A stretch of DNA of 64,000 nucleotides from Perkinsus chesapeaki ATCC PRA-425 (lineage: Eukaryota > Protista > Perkinsozoa), in assembly GCA_013115145.1 (NCBI GenBank), contig JAAPAO010000084.1:1-64000 (forward strand). Reading direction: 5' to 3'. This document shows positions 37,185 to 51,199 of the stretch, in pieces. The notes under the pieces were generated by a model that saw nothing but the letters and a program-made list of their open reading frames with translations, did not search any database and had not been told where the DNA came from. The translations under genes were made by a program, and so were the position numbers. The stretch's first letter is position 1, and each line of letters opens with the position of its first letter.

Positions 37185-40100
37185 TCACACGTACATCATA
37201 CCCGCCAATATCGGTACCTGCACCGGGACCAGCTGTGAACGGAGGATGGCAGCTATGGGCTTACCGAGGAGGCAATGACCGCTCCTGTTAGCCCAATCGA
37301 TCGGTCTCTCCCGTTCCACGAATCCGCTAACTTCAAGCCTTTTGACGAGTCTCCCAAGAACGCCACTGGAGAGGTCGCCGATGACTTTTCCGAGGCTCTC
37401 GCCGACATACCACCCGCAACCGGCCACCGACAGGCTTGGCATTTGGGCAGCGCGAAGACGGTTGAATTCGAGGAGCGCCTGGCTATGTCCCAGAGGAAAG
37501 GCCGGCCATGAGTCGTGGCTAATTACAGTATGGTCGGGGGGCGCGGAGATGCCAAGGACCTGAGGGACACTCAATAACAGAGAGGCTACAGAAGCGGAGC
37601 CTAATAAAGCAGGCAAGCGTTCTACTGTAGAGAGCCACAAGGCAGCTTGGACCCATTGGCGACCTACCTCTAGCGCACGGCCATAGAGCTTGTCTTTACT
37701 GGCGCCTTTCTTAGCGTAGACGGTGACCTTGGTGCCGAACTCTGGATCGATGCCCGGGAAAATCTCCGAACCGAAAGAGAATCCGAAGATCCTGATAGGG
37801 ACAATTTCGCCTAGCAGTCTACACCCTGCAGAAACTATTCCGCCAAAGCGCTCGAGTAACCTACTTTGTGAATTGGGGGCACGCGACTACAGTAACAGTA
37901 GTCGACTACAGTAACGACTACAGTAGCTTATCGCTGTATTGAGGAAAAGCGATTAAGTGATACTAGCACACAAGCAAGAGACAGACTGGGAAGGAGTGGC
38001 CACTAGGCATCTTACAGTTGCTCCTCCGCTCATTAATGGCGACCATCTCTCAAAAGTGCGCGGTTGTACGGGCACGTAAGGTGCGATAAGTCTATCCCTT
38101 GTTTTAGCAACAGCGACAGTTCAGCTCATCTACAGGTGGTCTTCCCCAGTGGGAGTCCCCACACCCACGCACCATTCGATACTCCCCGCTGAGATTGACT
38201 GATCACGTCTTACCTGCAATCCTCGCCGTTGTCAACTCCAGTCCACACACCAGCGTTCCCCTTGAAGGGCTTCTTCAACACGCCGTCCTTATGCCAGTAC
38301 AAATCCAACACCTCCACCTCCGTCACAGCTGCCAAGGCCTCTGCCGCCTCAACGCTGAGCCCCAAGAGCTCCTGACTCACCAATGGTAGGAGCTCCCCTG
38401 GAGACATCACGGACACAACCGCCTGCGCCGCAGGATCGCAGGCGATCGAGGAGACGTCCGATCGGTCCAGCAGCTGCCCTTCTTGGGAGATGGCGGGATT
38501 GCCTTCCACAAATCTGATCAGAGGATGAGCCTCAGCGGCAAAAAGTCAGTGAATGCTTGCATCTGGAAGCAGGCGGGGTGGGTTAATAACAGAGTAGATT
38601 GAATTTAACATTATCCTTGCACTTCAAGTGCAATAGGGCCTTGGAAAGCCAGGCGAGAATCTTTGTGTGCTACATGAAGTCGGAATATCTCATATGGGCG
38701 TACAAAGCAGACATGACAAGCTACCGGATCTCACCTAGCCAGGTCCTTCTCCAGCCTTTCATAGCCGCCTTTAACAGTCCACACTCTACCGCCAGTAGCA
38801 ACGGACCGCCTCAGGAACTCATCGACATCCACCGGCAAGTCGAGCTTGAGATCTCCCGCCGGTGCTGCACTACTCGGACGAAGCGTGTCCAGGAAAGGCC
38901 CCTGAGATGCGTGAAATTTCCAAGAAAACCGTATCGCCAGTTGACTGACCCAGAGAACGGATCGGCGCCACCGCTCGGTAGTGTAGGCATGCGGGACACA
39001 GCTACGCAAACTGACGTCACTTGCGGCAGCTCCACATTGTGAAGCAGCGAATACGTCGGCGAATCTTCGGGCAGCCCATCTCGAGAACCTCCGGTTAACC
39101 TACCAGAGGGAGTTAGAGAGGAGACAATTGAATGCGAAAAAACAAGGCTTTCGGCTTGGAGCGTGTACAACTGCTAATAACCTCATATAGCAACTTTTAG
39201 TTAAATGGTACACATGAATACACGGCGCGTGACGAATTTGTGATTGAAAATAATTTTCCTCACCGAAGTATCGAGCCCTATCGAACTTAGTGAGGTATGG
39301 TAAATGGTGGTTTGGTTCCTCGCGAAAGTAGGCTGTTGAACACTGTGATACTCTTTCCGGCCAGGGCGCCTAGAGCGCTCTTCAAGCCATGCCGCGAAGA
39401 ATAACAAAAATAAGTCGAAGTGAATGCTACAATAATGAAGTGCTGCTCAAAGTGCTGTACCGATAAGCCCTCCACTCACAAAAGACTGTATAGAGTCCTC
39501 CGTCCTCGTGCTCCCCTTCGGCCAGAATGGCTCCAGTATGCACTCCGGCGCATATCGTATGGAATCGACAAACCTAGGTATTTGTGTCAGTGAGCTCATG
39601 GACTTCCCGATCAGCCATCGACTGGAGTTCTCTATGTGGCCGGGTATGATATCGGAGTCTGGCACCTAATCCACAGAGGCGTGCAATTATCGAGGTGCTG
39701 CGAGAATCAGGATTCAAGTCGAATACCAGAATAGCTGCCGAATGGATGCATACATATTCACTAATGATTAATGGTAGTGGGATTTCTACCAAAGAAAACA
39801 TACTTTCTACGAACTGTTTTCTTGGTTGCAGTCGGCTCTGGCGGCATTAAAACCCTTGTGGCGACTCGACGGTAAAGATCTCCCCCTCAACTGAGGAAGG
39901 TAGCGATGCATCCAAACAGTTCCGAGTTCCCTGTGATACATCCCTCCACCGAGTCTACCATGAAAGAGAAGCCTGGCAGGCCCAACGTAACAGAGACCAC
40001 TGGCGTGAGAAAGCCCCCTGCTGCCTTACATCGATCAGCTTGAGCAGACTTAGGCATTCATTTCGGCCATGTTGCTTGCTAGAGCGAAACTCACAATCAT

Positions 40101-40245
40101 GGCCCACCGGTCCCCGTGAACTCGGCACCTCATACAGCTCCACCTTGCCTCGAGGAAGAGTCTCTGCGAGCGAGGCAGCGGCCGCCATTCCCGACAATCG
40201 ATGAGAGGCCGAGGCCACCACCCTCACCAGAGGATAGGACGCCAT
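37185..40245 (-). CDS. Protoporphyrinogen oxidase-like flavoprotein (HemY/PPOX family), multi-exon
   Basis: N-terminal LSGMAAAASLAETLPRGKVELYE; central WTVKGGYERLEKDL; C-terminal VLGISAPPDH...WPAFPLGHSQ...LSVAGCGWYVGESLGKVI resemble PPOX segments. The GxGxxG motif is not evident. Confidence 0.55.
37885..37925. repeat. Three copies of GACTACAGTA in an intron of the PPOX-like gene
   Basis: Copies at 37885, 37904 and 37916. Confidence 0.8.
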
Positions 40246-40386
40246 CAGAACTGACAAAACCTAGACGGCTTGAAAGACTGAACACAAAACATCAAAGGGG
40301 TTAGTAAGAACACCGATAATATTGTAAAGCATGCATCAAGCTTGGATTCTCTTTTCCATTTGCCCAGAAAGGCGTCATGCCTCGCC

Positions 40387-42900
40387 TCACCCATTGCTTA
40401 GAGAGCGCTTGCGATAAGATGGCTGGAAGCCCGACGCATTCTCCAAAACCACCAAGTTCATCTCCTTCAAAGAAATCTCCTTTGTCTCGGTTTCCGTCTC
40501 GCTCTCATAAATCGTCACCAGAACCTGTCCCACATCAGACCTCCTCCTCACCCTCCACACTTACGTTCCATCGCTGCTCCTCTCCTGCTTCGATCGGGCC
40601 GCTCTTAATGATCCCGTCCAGACCGTTGTACCTACCGACAATCCCCACGACCAGGCCAAGCCGCCTTCCTCCCTACTCGACCCTTCTCAGGCCTTTCAAT
40701 CGAACCACGGCACCAACATGGAGGGGAGTTTCCTCCGAGCCTTTCCGGAAAGTCCTCCGGTCATCTGCTGGAACCACTTTATTATGCCGCCACGACAAGG
40801 CTGACACAGGAACAGTTGTCTGAGGCATTTGCGTAGGCAATAATTAGCTAAGTCGAATCAACCAAGTTGGGCAATAAGATCGCATTTTCCGTAGAGGGCA
40901 TGTACGTGTTGATATACAGCAGAGGGAGAGCATGATCCCACCGATGTTAAAGTTGCAACAGCCAACGCTAAATGGCTGACCTACCTGTTGCGATGCGCCG
41001 GGGGCAGATACATCTTAGCGTAACGCCATTGCTAGCCTCATCCTCCCCCTTATATCTGATCGAACCTAATTCCTCACTAACACCACCAGGCATCACCTCA
41101 GCCCCTTTCTCCTTCTATAAGCAAACAAGCACCCTCCCAGCAAAAGCAGCTTCACCACCACTATCACAGCCACAACCTGACCAGATGAATTCAGAGGTAC
41201 CTTACCACCAAGCCCTACCACTCCCCCATTCCCCCCGTCGCTGCCCTCTTCGACAGCAGACTCCTCCTCTATCCGCACCGCAGCAGCCGTCGGGCCACTT
41301 GTCACGTTCACCCAAAGTGTGTCCGGCACCGTTGCTCCGTTGGAGTCCTGAGCCATGCCTTTCCCGTTCCCTCCGACTTATCGGCCTACTAATGTCCTCC
41401 TCAGCACTATCAATAACTCCCTAGTAGCACTCACGTCATCCCTAACCGCCCTCAGCCATCGTACAGCTGCCACCCTCTCACTTTGGTAGAAGGTCTCTAC
41501 GGCCACCACCACTATTAAACTTTCCCCTGGGACCTGAGGAACTCGTCGATGTATCACTATCAAGACATAAAAGACACATCCACGAAAGCGTGAAGTAATG
41601 GCAATTATTCTTCCTCAAAAAGCATGCACTTGAGCTCGCCGAAGCCACTATAAAGCTCAAGAGGGAGTAACGATGAGCCTCTATCGACTAAGTATATCCT
41701 ACCTCCCCAATAGGCGCCTCAGTTGTCGCCGCCACCGGTGCTCGGCTCCCCCCTTCACAAGAATCACAGCTAACTCTGCACGCTGTCCTCATAAGCTCCC
41801 CCATGTTAGCATCGTCACAGGCAGCCGACACTCCAATGAGCTGCGCCGTGGCAGCGCAGGTGTCCAGTAACGCCCCTCCCAATCTCAGCACCGACTCTTG
41901 GACCAAGTAGGCATCTTGGTCTTCGCACAAGCCGGAGTCATGCAACAGGGAGGGAGCAGTGGGCGGCGCTACTGTAGTCGTCTGAGAGGATGGAATCACA
42001 GAAGAGTACTCCACAGAACACATCAAGAAGAAAGACCAGTGTGAAGTCGGCCAGGACGTATTCGGCCAGGAATACATACAGGAATAATAATTTTTGTTCA
42101 GCACTTCGTCACTTTTGCCAATCTCGCAGTAAGACACTCGACGATGCCAACAAAGCGTAATATTAGTTCCCCCGCCAACTAAATTCCTACGATATCTCCG
42201 CACTAGGTATATTTTCCGATCCTCAATCAACTCATTTCCCTAGGCATAAGTTACCAGCCCCCCCCTTACCGTCCCCGGTGCCACAGTTGTACTAGTAACC
42301 TGCATTCTCCTCCTCCTTCTCCTTCTGCTGTCCCTCACCTCAACAGATACCTGCATTCTCCCTAACATGACCAACCAATTGCCATCCCCTCTACCCTAGC
42401 CCCATCTGTTATCTCCAGTATCTCCATCACAGCATCCTTCACCCCCCTCAAAATGCTCTCTTCCTCCCCACCAACCAACTCCCCGTACATCGTCACCTCG
42501 CCACTGACCCTGGCTCGCTCCACCACATCCGGCCTCGCCGTCGTCGTAACAATAGCCCACATATCGAACGGTGTCGTCGCGGTGGTCGATGCCGGCGGGA
42601 AGCAGCTCTCGGCCGCCAGGGCGTTCGAGGACAGCGCTACCTCCGAAACCCCCTCAGGTAGAAGCACCCTAACCACTCCCGCTTCCCGCCACACCGCAAC
42701 CTGAAGCACTAAAGATTCCACATGCGTCTGGTGTCCCACAACTACTGTCTCCTGGTCACAACGACCATTACAGTGACATATCTTGAACTCGCCACACTGT
42801 GACACCGTGACGCCATCCCACCGATGCCAGAACTGAGCTTCTCTAGTCGGAGGAGTATCCCCGAAAGGGTAGAAAGCATCCGGAGCTCCAGCCTGCAGGA
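40387..42900 (-). CDS. Type I membrane protein: Cys-rich/ShK-like ectodomain, TM helix, cytoplasmic SH3/KOW-like module (may be one gene with 43218-44292)
   Basis: CGEFKICHCNGRCD; CEDQDA...MRTACRVSCDSC; TM VVAVIVVVKLLLLGGCLFAY followed by RRRK; spliced tail LHVGAVVRLKGLRRVE|YNGLDGIIKSG...RWN|VLV...EISLKEMNL...LSNG*. Confidence 0.6.
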
Positions 42901-43217
42901 GGGGTGCACACTAGCTCACAAACCACTAACAAAAGAAGCTCTTGACTCGGAATAGCACAGATGAAGTGAGAGTCGACTATTAGTGAAATTACGAAGAGTA
43001 TTTTATGAAGGGCAAACGCACATAACACTACAGAACATACTGGAGCGAATGATTGTCCACAATAGCTCAGGAACAATGAAAGGAGAGTTAAGGATGCTGA
43101 CCGATACCGACGAATGGTGAGACGCTTGGTTATGCTGGAAGTTCCGGAATGATTGCAGATAGGCCTATATAGCACTACCTAGGCATTCGCTACATATATA
43201 CGCCTATATGGTCCCAT

Positions 43218-44292
43218 TTATTCCAAGAGTACCACTTCCTCCCACTCCAACCCCTCAACTCCTCGTATCTGCTGTCCTGTGCAGCTACTTGATCGATACA
43301 CTAGCTTCAGCCTAGCCTCTCCTCCAGTATCCAAGCCCACTCCTGTGAGCTCGATACCGAAGGCCTCAGACAGCTGAAACCACAACGTCACCATCCACCC
43401 CAAACCCGCGTGTTGGCATGGAGATAAGGTGTCCAGGAAATTCGACAAAACTTCGGCAGACCCTGTGACCTCCTAGTTCCCCGGGCCCCGAGAGTATCTC
43501 AGAAGTTCAGATGAGGGAGCCTTCAGCCACCACCTGTCCCCACCCTACCTCAACACTGAAATTCCTATACAGTCCGACGTCCCTGCCGAGCTCGAACGGC
43601 CCTCCGCTGTACTTTCTGAAGTACTCTCCATAACAGGTACAATGGCAATCATAGCCACTAGCCGTCGCCTGAGTGCATGTCAGCGATGCGGCGCCATGCA
43701 CCCTGTCCCAGCAGACCAGGCCGTCCTCCCCGGGAGCCTCATCTCGACGGCACCGATCGCTGCATTCATTCAACGGATCTCCACACGTTTCTGGACAGAA
43801 CTTGCCAACAGGCACCACCGGCTCGACGCCTTGGGCATGCGTGCAGCCATACCGACTTTTCGCAGATTCGCAGCTACCAGTGCCCTCGAACCCGCCATAC
43901 ACCACCGATAGCATCCCAGTATGATCCGGACATCCTCTCAAGCACGCCGACATCCCCAAATCCATCTGATCTGGCGGGCTGCACCCCGGTATCCAGTTGC
44001 ACGGGAAGTCCTCATTAAGGCAGTAGGTCGCCGTGGCACATGCGTAAGGCGGCGATTGGTCCTCGCAACCCAACAGGCACTGAGCATCGTCCTGACCAGG
44101 GCACAGCTCCGTCTGGCTCTTCACGCACTTCTTCTGGACATTCGAACACACCAATGGTATGGTGTGTGTGGCATTGGTGGAGACCGAACACTGGTCATCT
44201 GACAGACACCTAAGAGCGTATTTGCACAATCAATTTGAAATGCAATTCTTCATCCCACAAATGCCTCTATCGGGTTTTCAATATCAGCCATG
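43218..44292 (-). CDS. Cys-rich extracellular protein segment with ShK-like CPETCG motif (5' end uncertain)
   Basis: ORF 43507-44229 has ~25 Cys, including GCTHAQG...KFCPETCG; the next exon ends EWEEVVLLE* at 43218. Confidence 0.55.
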
Positions 44293-44428
44293 GCAACACA
44301 CTATAACTACTTCACTTCCGTCTACGTGAACAACTCTACGCCTCTAGATGATGGTAGCGAATAGGTTCACCATTACCGCAGCTACTGAGATGCGCTAGTA
44401 GCACAGCGCTATAGCGTCCTTGGATTCT

Positions 44429-44595
44429 TTACAAAAAACGATTCAGCAATGTTACGGCACTTGTGAAGTGATCATCAATCTTCGTGCGTTCTTCAGGGAA
44501 CACGGAGGACGGAAGGGCGGCATTCGCCGAGAGCGTCGAGAGCTCCGCACCAATCCGTATATTCCTACATCATGTGCTGATTTCTTCTTCTTGTT
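44429..44595 (-). mobile_element. Diverged 3'-terminal fragment of the same LINE family as 60880-61762
   Basis: Minus strand AAGAAATCAG...TGGTGCGGAGCTCTCGACGC...CCGTCCTCCGTGTTCCCTGAAGAACGCAC...GATCACTTCA...GCCGTAACATTGCTGAATCGTTTTTTGTAAA aligns with 61610-61757, with small insertions and frameshifts. Confidence 0.85.
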
Positions 44596-45198
44596 CTTCA
44601 AACCACTACAGCATTTCCCAGGCAGGTTTCCGGCATACGCAATGTTATTCCCGACCATATTCGTCGGATATTGCACATGGCCGCATCGAGCGAATGCGTG
44701 CTGGTCGGAAATAATTGTGTCGCGCCAGATATTTGCTCGCGGTCCCTCGGAAATAACAGTGCGCATGTCGGAAACATGCCCGGCGGGAAATGCTCTAGTA
44801 CTCGGATCAGCCGATCCTCTCACAAATAGCTTTGGCCTCACTATTGAACTACATCTAGTTTATTATTTAGAGCATTGTATGTACAACCTAAACTTGACGT
44901 TCCTGCGTGACCAATCATAACCAAGCCGCCCATTTCCCTCAGGGGAATCCCGTGCTCTATCCCCTCCTTTCTACTACCTCTCACATTCCCCCAAAGACCG
45001 CAGTTCTACATTCCTGCAAGTTCCGCTGCCCTGACTTCCCGCCAGCCCTAACAGTACCGCCCATCCCATCACGCTTGGACTCATAGGGGCCAAAAGGCTG
45101 CTGCCATCATGGACACAATCTAAAACCCAAATACCCCACTCTCGCCAACTCAACCCCCCTCAAACAGAGCTACATCCGCCCCCTTCACACAAAGCTTT

Positions 45199-48100
45199 TC
45201 ATGTCTTCTTCGACGCCGCTGCTGCTGCCGCCTTCTTCCTTTGCTTCTTCAGCTGTTTCTCTATTATCTGCTCGCTGTTATACCTGCCCATCCAACAGTA
45301 ACGTCTTACCCTTCTTAATAGGGGAATGCAAATAGTACTAATGTGAATAATCCGGCAGAAGATCTACTCACTACGACGAAATAAAATGAAAATATGGATA
45401 AGACCCTGCCAGCAGCAGCCCTACTTCACATGTTTCCTGTTCCACACATCATCATCAGCTCCACCATGGCCCTGACCACTAGCTCGCTTCTCATCAAAGC
45501 TGCCATCATCTTCTTCCTACCAACCCAGTCTCCCCTCCCCCCGCCGACCCTCTCCTACTACTACCTCCCCGTCATCATTCGCCATATCATCCTGCTCCTG
45601 CTGCTGCAGCTGCCCCTCAGTAGCCTTCACTCGTATCAGCCCAGACTGCATGTCCGCTATCTTATCCAACAGACGGTCCTCGAACGAGCTGCCTCCAGCT
45701 GCCTCCACCACCCTCTTGTTCGTCGCCGTGGTGGCCTCCCATCCAGTCAGCGATATCAGCTTCGACAGCTTCAGCTCCACTTGGGACAGTATCTCCTCTA
45801 CAGAATCATCGATCACATCCCCCTGACCCTCCCCGTCCAAGTCGACCGCCTCAAGCTTCCCAGCCAAATGAAAGACACCTACAGGGGGACAGATTGCACA
45901 ATCCCCCGTTCTCTGCGCCACTCACCAGCGTTCACATCTACTATCATCTTCGCCAGCCTCTCATACTTAGCCTTATTCCTCTCAGCTTTAACCCCTGCCT
46001 CCGTCAGCCGTGTCTCGAGGTCCTCCACCACCTAACTCAAATACCTTCCTGCCTTTCCCATTTCCCCACTCAAGCCGATAAATTTTCCGTTCCTCCTCAA
46101 CATTGGTATCAGATACCATCACAGGATGCCCCAAAAAGAAGTGAACTTGATCTTTCCTTTTCAACCAGGAGCGTATTTTCTATTGCACACCATTTGCAAG
46201 GCCGATCTACACATTTCTGTGAGGCTAGATAGCTCCCTGATTCATAGAAGATACTATGTACACCTTGCCACGCTGCCTTGACCTTCCCCTCCACCTCACC
46301 TGTCGTCGCCCCGCTCCCCCCGTCACAGAGAACTTCAAGTCATCCACCTTCCTCTTCAAACTACTATAACCATCAATCAGCGAATTGATCTTGGCCTGAT
46401 AATCGTTCGTCAAATTCAGCAAGTTGGCCTGGGTATCTTCTTGATTCAAGAACTTCTGAATAACCTCGTTAACATCGCTGACGCCAGTCGCCTCCTTTAT
46501 CCTCCTAAAGGCATCCTCATAATCGTTCATCCTTTGCCGCTCCTCTTCCGCTTCTCCATGAGTGATCCCCGATGCCACATCAGCCAATGCACTCGTAGTT
46601 TTCAGAGCTAGCTCTCCCGCCTTATCCAAATCCTGCTGCTGCCTCAACATCCTCTCCCTCTGCTCCAACCTATGGTTCATCTCCACACGTTGCTGGACCA
46701 ACGCCTTTTTTTCGTGCACTTCCTGATCACAAATTCTCTTTCTCTTATCCCTTAACGATAATCAGCGCAATAGTAACCTATATATCAGGTACTCACTTAT
46801 CAGTTCATATGATACGTCTTTGGAAAACGCACCCTCTTCTTCAAAGGGGATGGCGAGATTACACACAAACGAGAAATCTATTCCGAATGAACAACCGTCG
46901 CCCCACTTGGCATCGCATATTTCACTGCGCCACGAAATTAATCTGCCCTATTTTACCTTATCCCTCTGATTCCTCTCCTCCATAACACCTTGCTCAAACC
47001 TATGCAACTCCGCCTGTGCCATCTCCTTCGCATGATAAGCGTCATGAGACAACAACAGCAGCTCCTCATAGTCGTGCTCCTTTGACTTCAAAGTACCTAA
47101 TCAAAGTGCCAAGATATATAGCTGTATACTCCAACAAAATACAACTAGCAGAACGGTACCTTCCAACGGTAGCCCCGATGCATAGGCAGGAACAGGTAAG
47201 CTCCCAGTTACGAATAAGTTAGTTTTAACAACAACAACGACAACAGTGCATTGGTAACGCTAAGTCACCGAGGGTGACTTTCATCGAGTACGTTCTATGC
47301 TATATGAGCAGAATACATAGTATGTGAAGGAAAGGGAATAGAAAGTATTAGAGATCTCAGAAATGCTAAGCTAGTTACCCTAAATGTTATGTACACAAAT
47401 GTATGCTGTTAGACTAGCACTACAGCGAGAAAGAATTTACCACTTCTGAGACCTCATAATGGTGACTACAGAAATCCTCCTACGTTCCACAGCCTGCAGT
47501 TGATTATCAAAATTAATCCTCTCCTCTTGAAGCCTCCTAAGGATCTGCTCATACGTCCTCTTGATCGACTGAGCTTCATTGAACCTGCCAAACAACTTCC
47601 CTCCCCCCCCACTATCCACCATTCCTACTTCACCAACGTCTTGTCCAAGCGATTCTCGAGAACCCTGATCTGTCGCATCTGTGGCGAATTGTCCGATGTA
47701 GGCTTCTTAGCATCAGCGCTCATCTCCCGGACCTGCTCGGCTGGAGTCCCCCATCCTCTATCCACCTAGCCTAACCTTGTCTGCTAGCTCAGCAACAAGC
47801 TTCTCCTTCTTGCTGTTAGCATCGACCACGGCATCCAGTTTATTCTTAGATGTATTCAATTCAGTCGTCTTGCTCTCTAGCTGTTTCTCAACGCTCTTGG
47901 GGACCTCAGTCCTAAGCTGGGCAATCTGACTCCTAAGGCTGCGATTCTCCTCCTTCATCTGCCGAATGATCTCCTTGTTCTGTTTTATATTGAGCTGAGC
48001 CGTCTCGTAGGTGGCCTTCCGCTCTCCCTCTGAGACACGGTAACTTCTCTAAGCTCTTTTAAATCCAACCGCTCTCCAATTCAATGCTTTACTAGATTAT

Positions 48101-48745
48101 ATAACGAGATTAATATTTTGCAATAATCATTATTATTGTCTACATTTTCGAGGAGCTCCGCTGCTCAGCTCCCTGCTCTGCTGCTGCTCATCAAATCATC
48201 CATGGCCTTGTATATGTATAAGACTATGATTAGAACTCGATTTAATAATTAATAAAACCTCAACTGCGGCAAGGTATTTTACGCGTGACAAGTGACCTTG
48301 AAATAAACCACGGGCGTCGAAGTCGTACAGAGAAGTCCGCCGAGTTCTAGGGTGACTTCCGGAAGTGAGCTTCGCACTCAAACCGCGATTTGCCACAGCT
48401 CTGTTATGCATCCTCTATCGAAGAGTAAACTCTACCAGATACAGAGACGCCCAGTTCATTGCGACCTTGAGAGACAAATGCCGACACTAGATGAACGGCC
48501 GCGATTCTACAGACGACCAACTGAGATCAGTATACGTCCATTATATTTAGTTACCTTTTAGTTTGATATACCGCTAATATATTGCGCTCACCATGGTGAA
48601 AAAATCTTCCTAAATCTCTCCCAATACTAACCGCCAAGCCAGACCCACAAACCCTCCCCCCTTCCCCATAGTCACTACCGAGCAATTGAAATCTCCGCTG
48701 TAAATCCTCCAGCTGCTCCTCTGGTGTCATTGTAGTCTTAGACAT
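45199..48745 (-). CDS. CCDC151: Outer dynein arm docking complex coiled-coil protein (CCDC151/ODAD3-like)
   Basis: LEDLQRRFQLLEGERKATYE; IRVLENRLDK...FNEAQSIKRTYEQILRRLQEERINFDNQL; YEDAFRRIKEATGVSDVNEVIQKFLNQEDT; ends AAAAAASKKT*. Confidence 0.85.
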
Positions 48746-48982
48746 GATGAAGATACGAAATGAATTCTGCAAGGATCCCTCCCTCCAGGCCCCATTAACG
48801 AAAGCAAGCCCCTTCCCTGTAGAAACTGTACCTCACCGTTACTCTAACGGTGATGTGGCAGATATAGCACCATCTCTATAGCACGAGGGAAGGATACTAT
48901 CGTACACTAGTAATGCTAAGGTATTGTTATTAACTATACGGTATGAGTGGGAAAAACCTCCCACATTGAGGAGGTCCGCAGT

Positions 48983-50923
<1,941 letters not shown>

Positions 50924-51199
50924 ACGCAGAAGTAGAGAACAGAATAGCGGTAAGTACATGAAATATGGTTGATTCTATTTTATTTATCTGGAGGCACAGC
51001 ATCTCCTGCTAGGCAGTATGGCTGTGTGGCCTCCGGCAGCAGTGTACATGGCGTGCACGATGCCATTCGGATACAGATCTCACATCCGCTTACTGAAATA
51101 TGGTTGATAATAACAGATAGAGTTAATAATAGGAAATAACCCTATTATTTGGGTATAGATAACAAAGCTAACAATAGGGACAAGCCAGTAGCTACCAGA

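Noticed and set aside
44452-44841. 129-aa minus-strand ORF as a protein gene
   Set aside because: Its 3' half is a frameshifted reading of the LINE tail.
34284-46035. Long plus-strand ORFs (34284-34916, 40377-40823, 40972-41424, 45394-46035; also 5674-6150)
   Set aside because: Antisense shadows of well-supported minus-strand CDSs.
47262-47286. GATGA plus an 8-bp stem resembling a hammerhead ribozyme
   Set aside because: No CUGAUGA or GAAA core and no stems I/III.
10318-48745. Functional cluster of ciliary genes (CFAP70, kinesin-8, CCDC151)
   Set aside because: They are separated by unrelated genes, and ciliary genes are numerous enough for chance co-occurrence.
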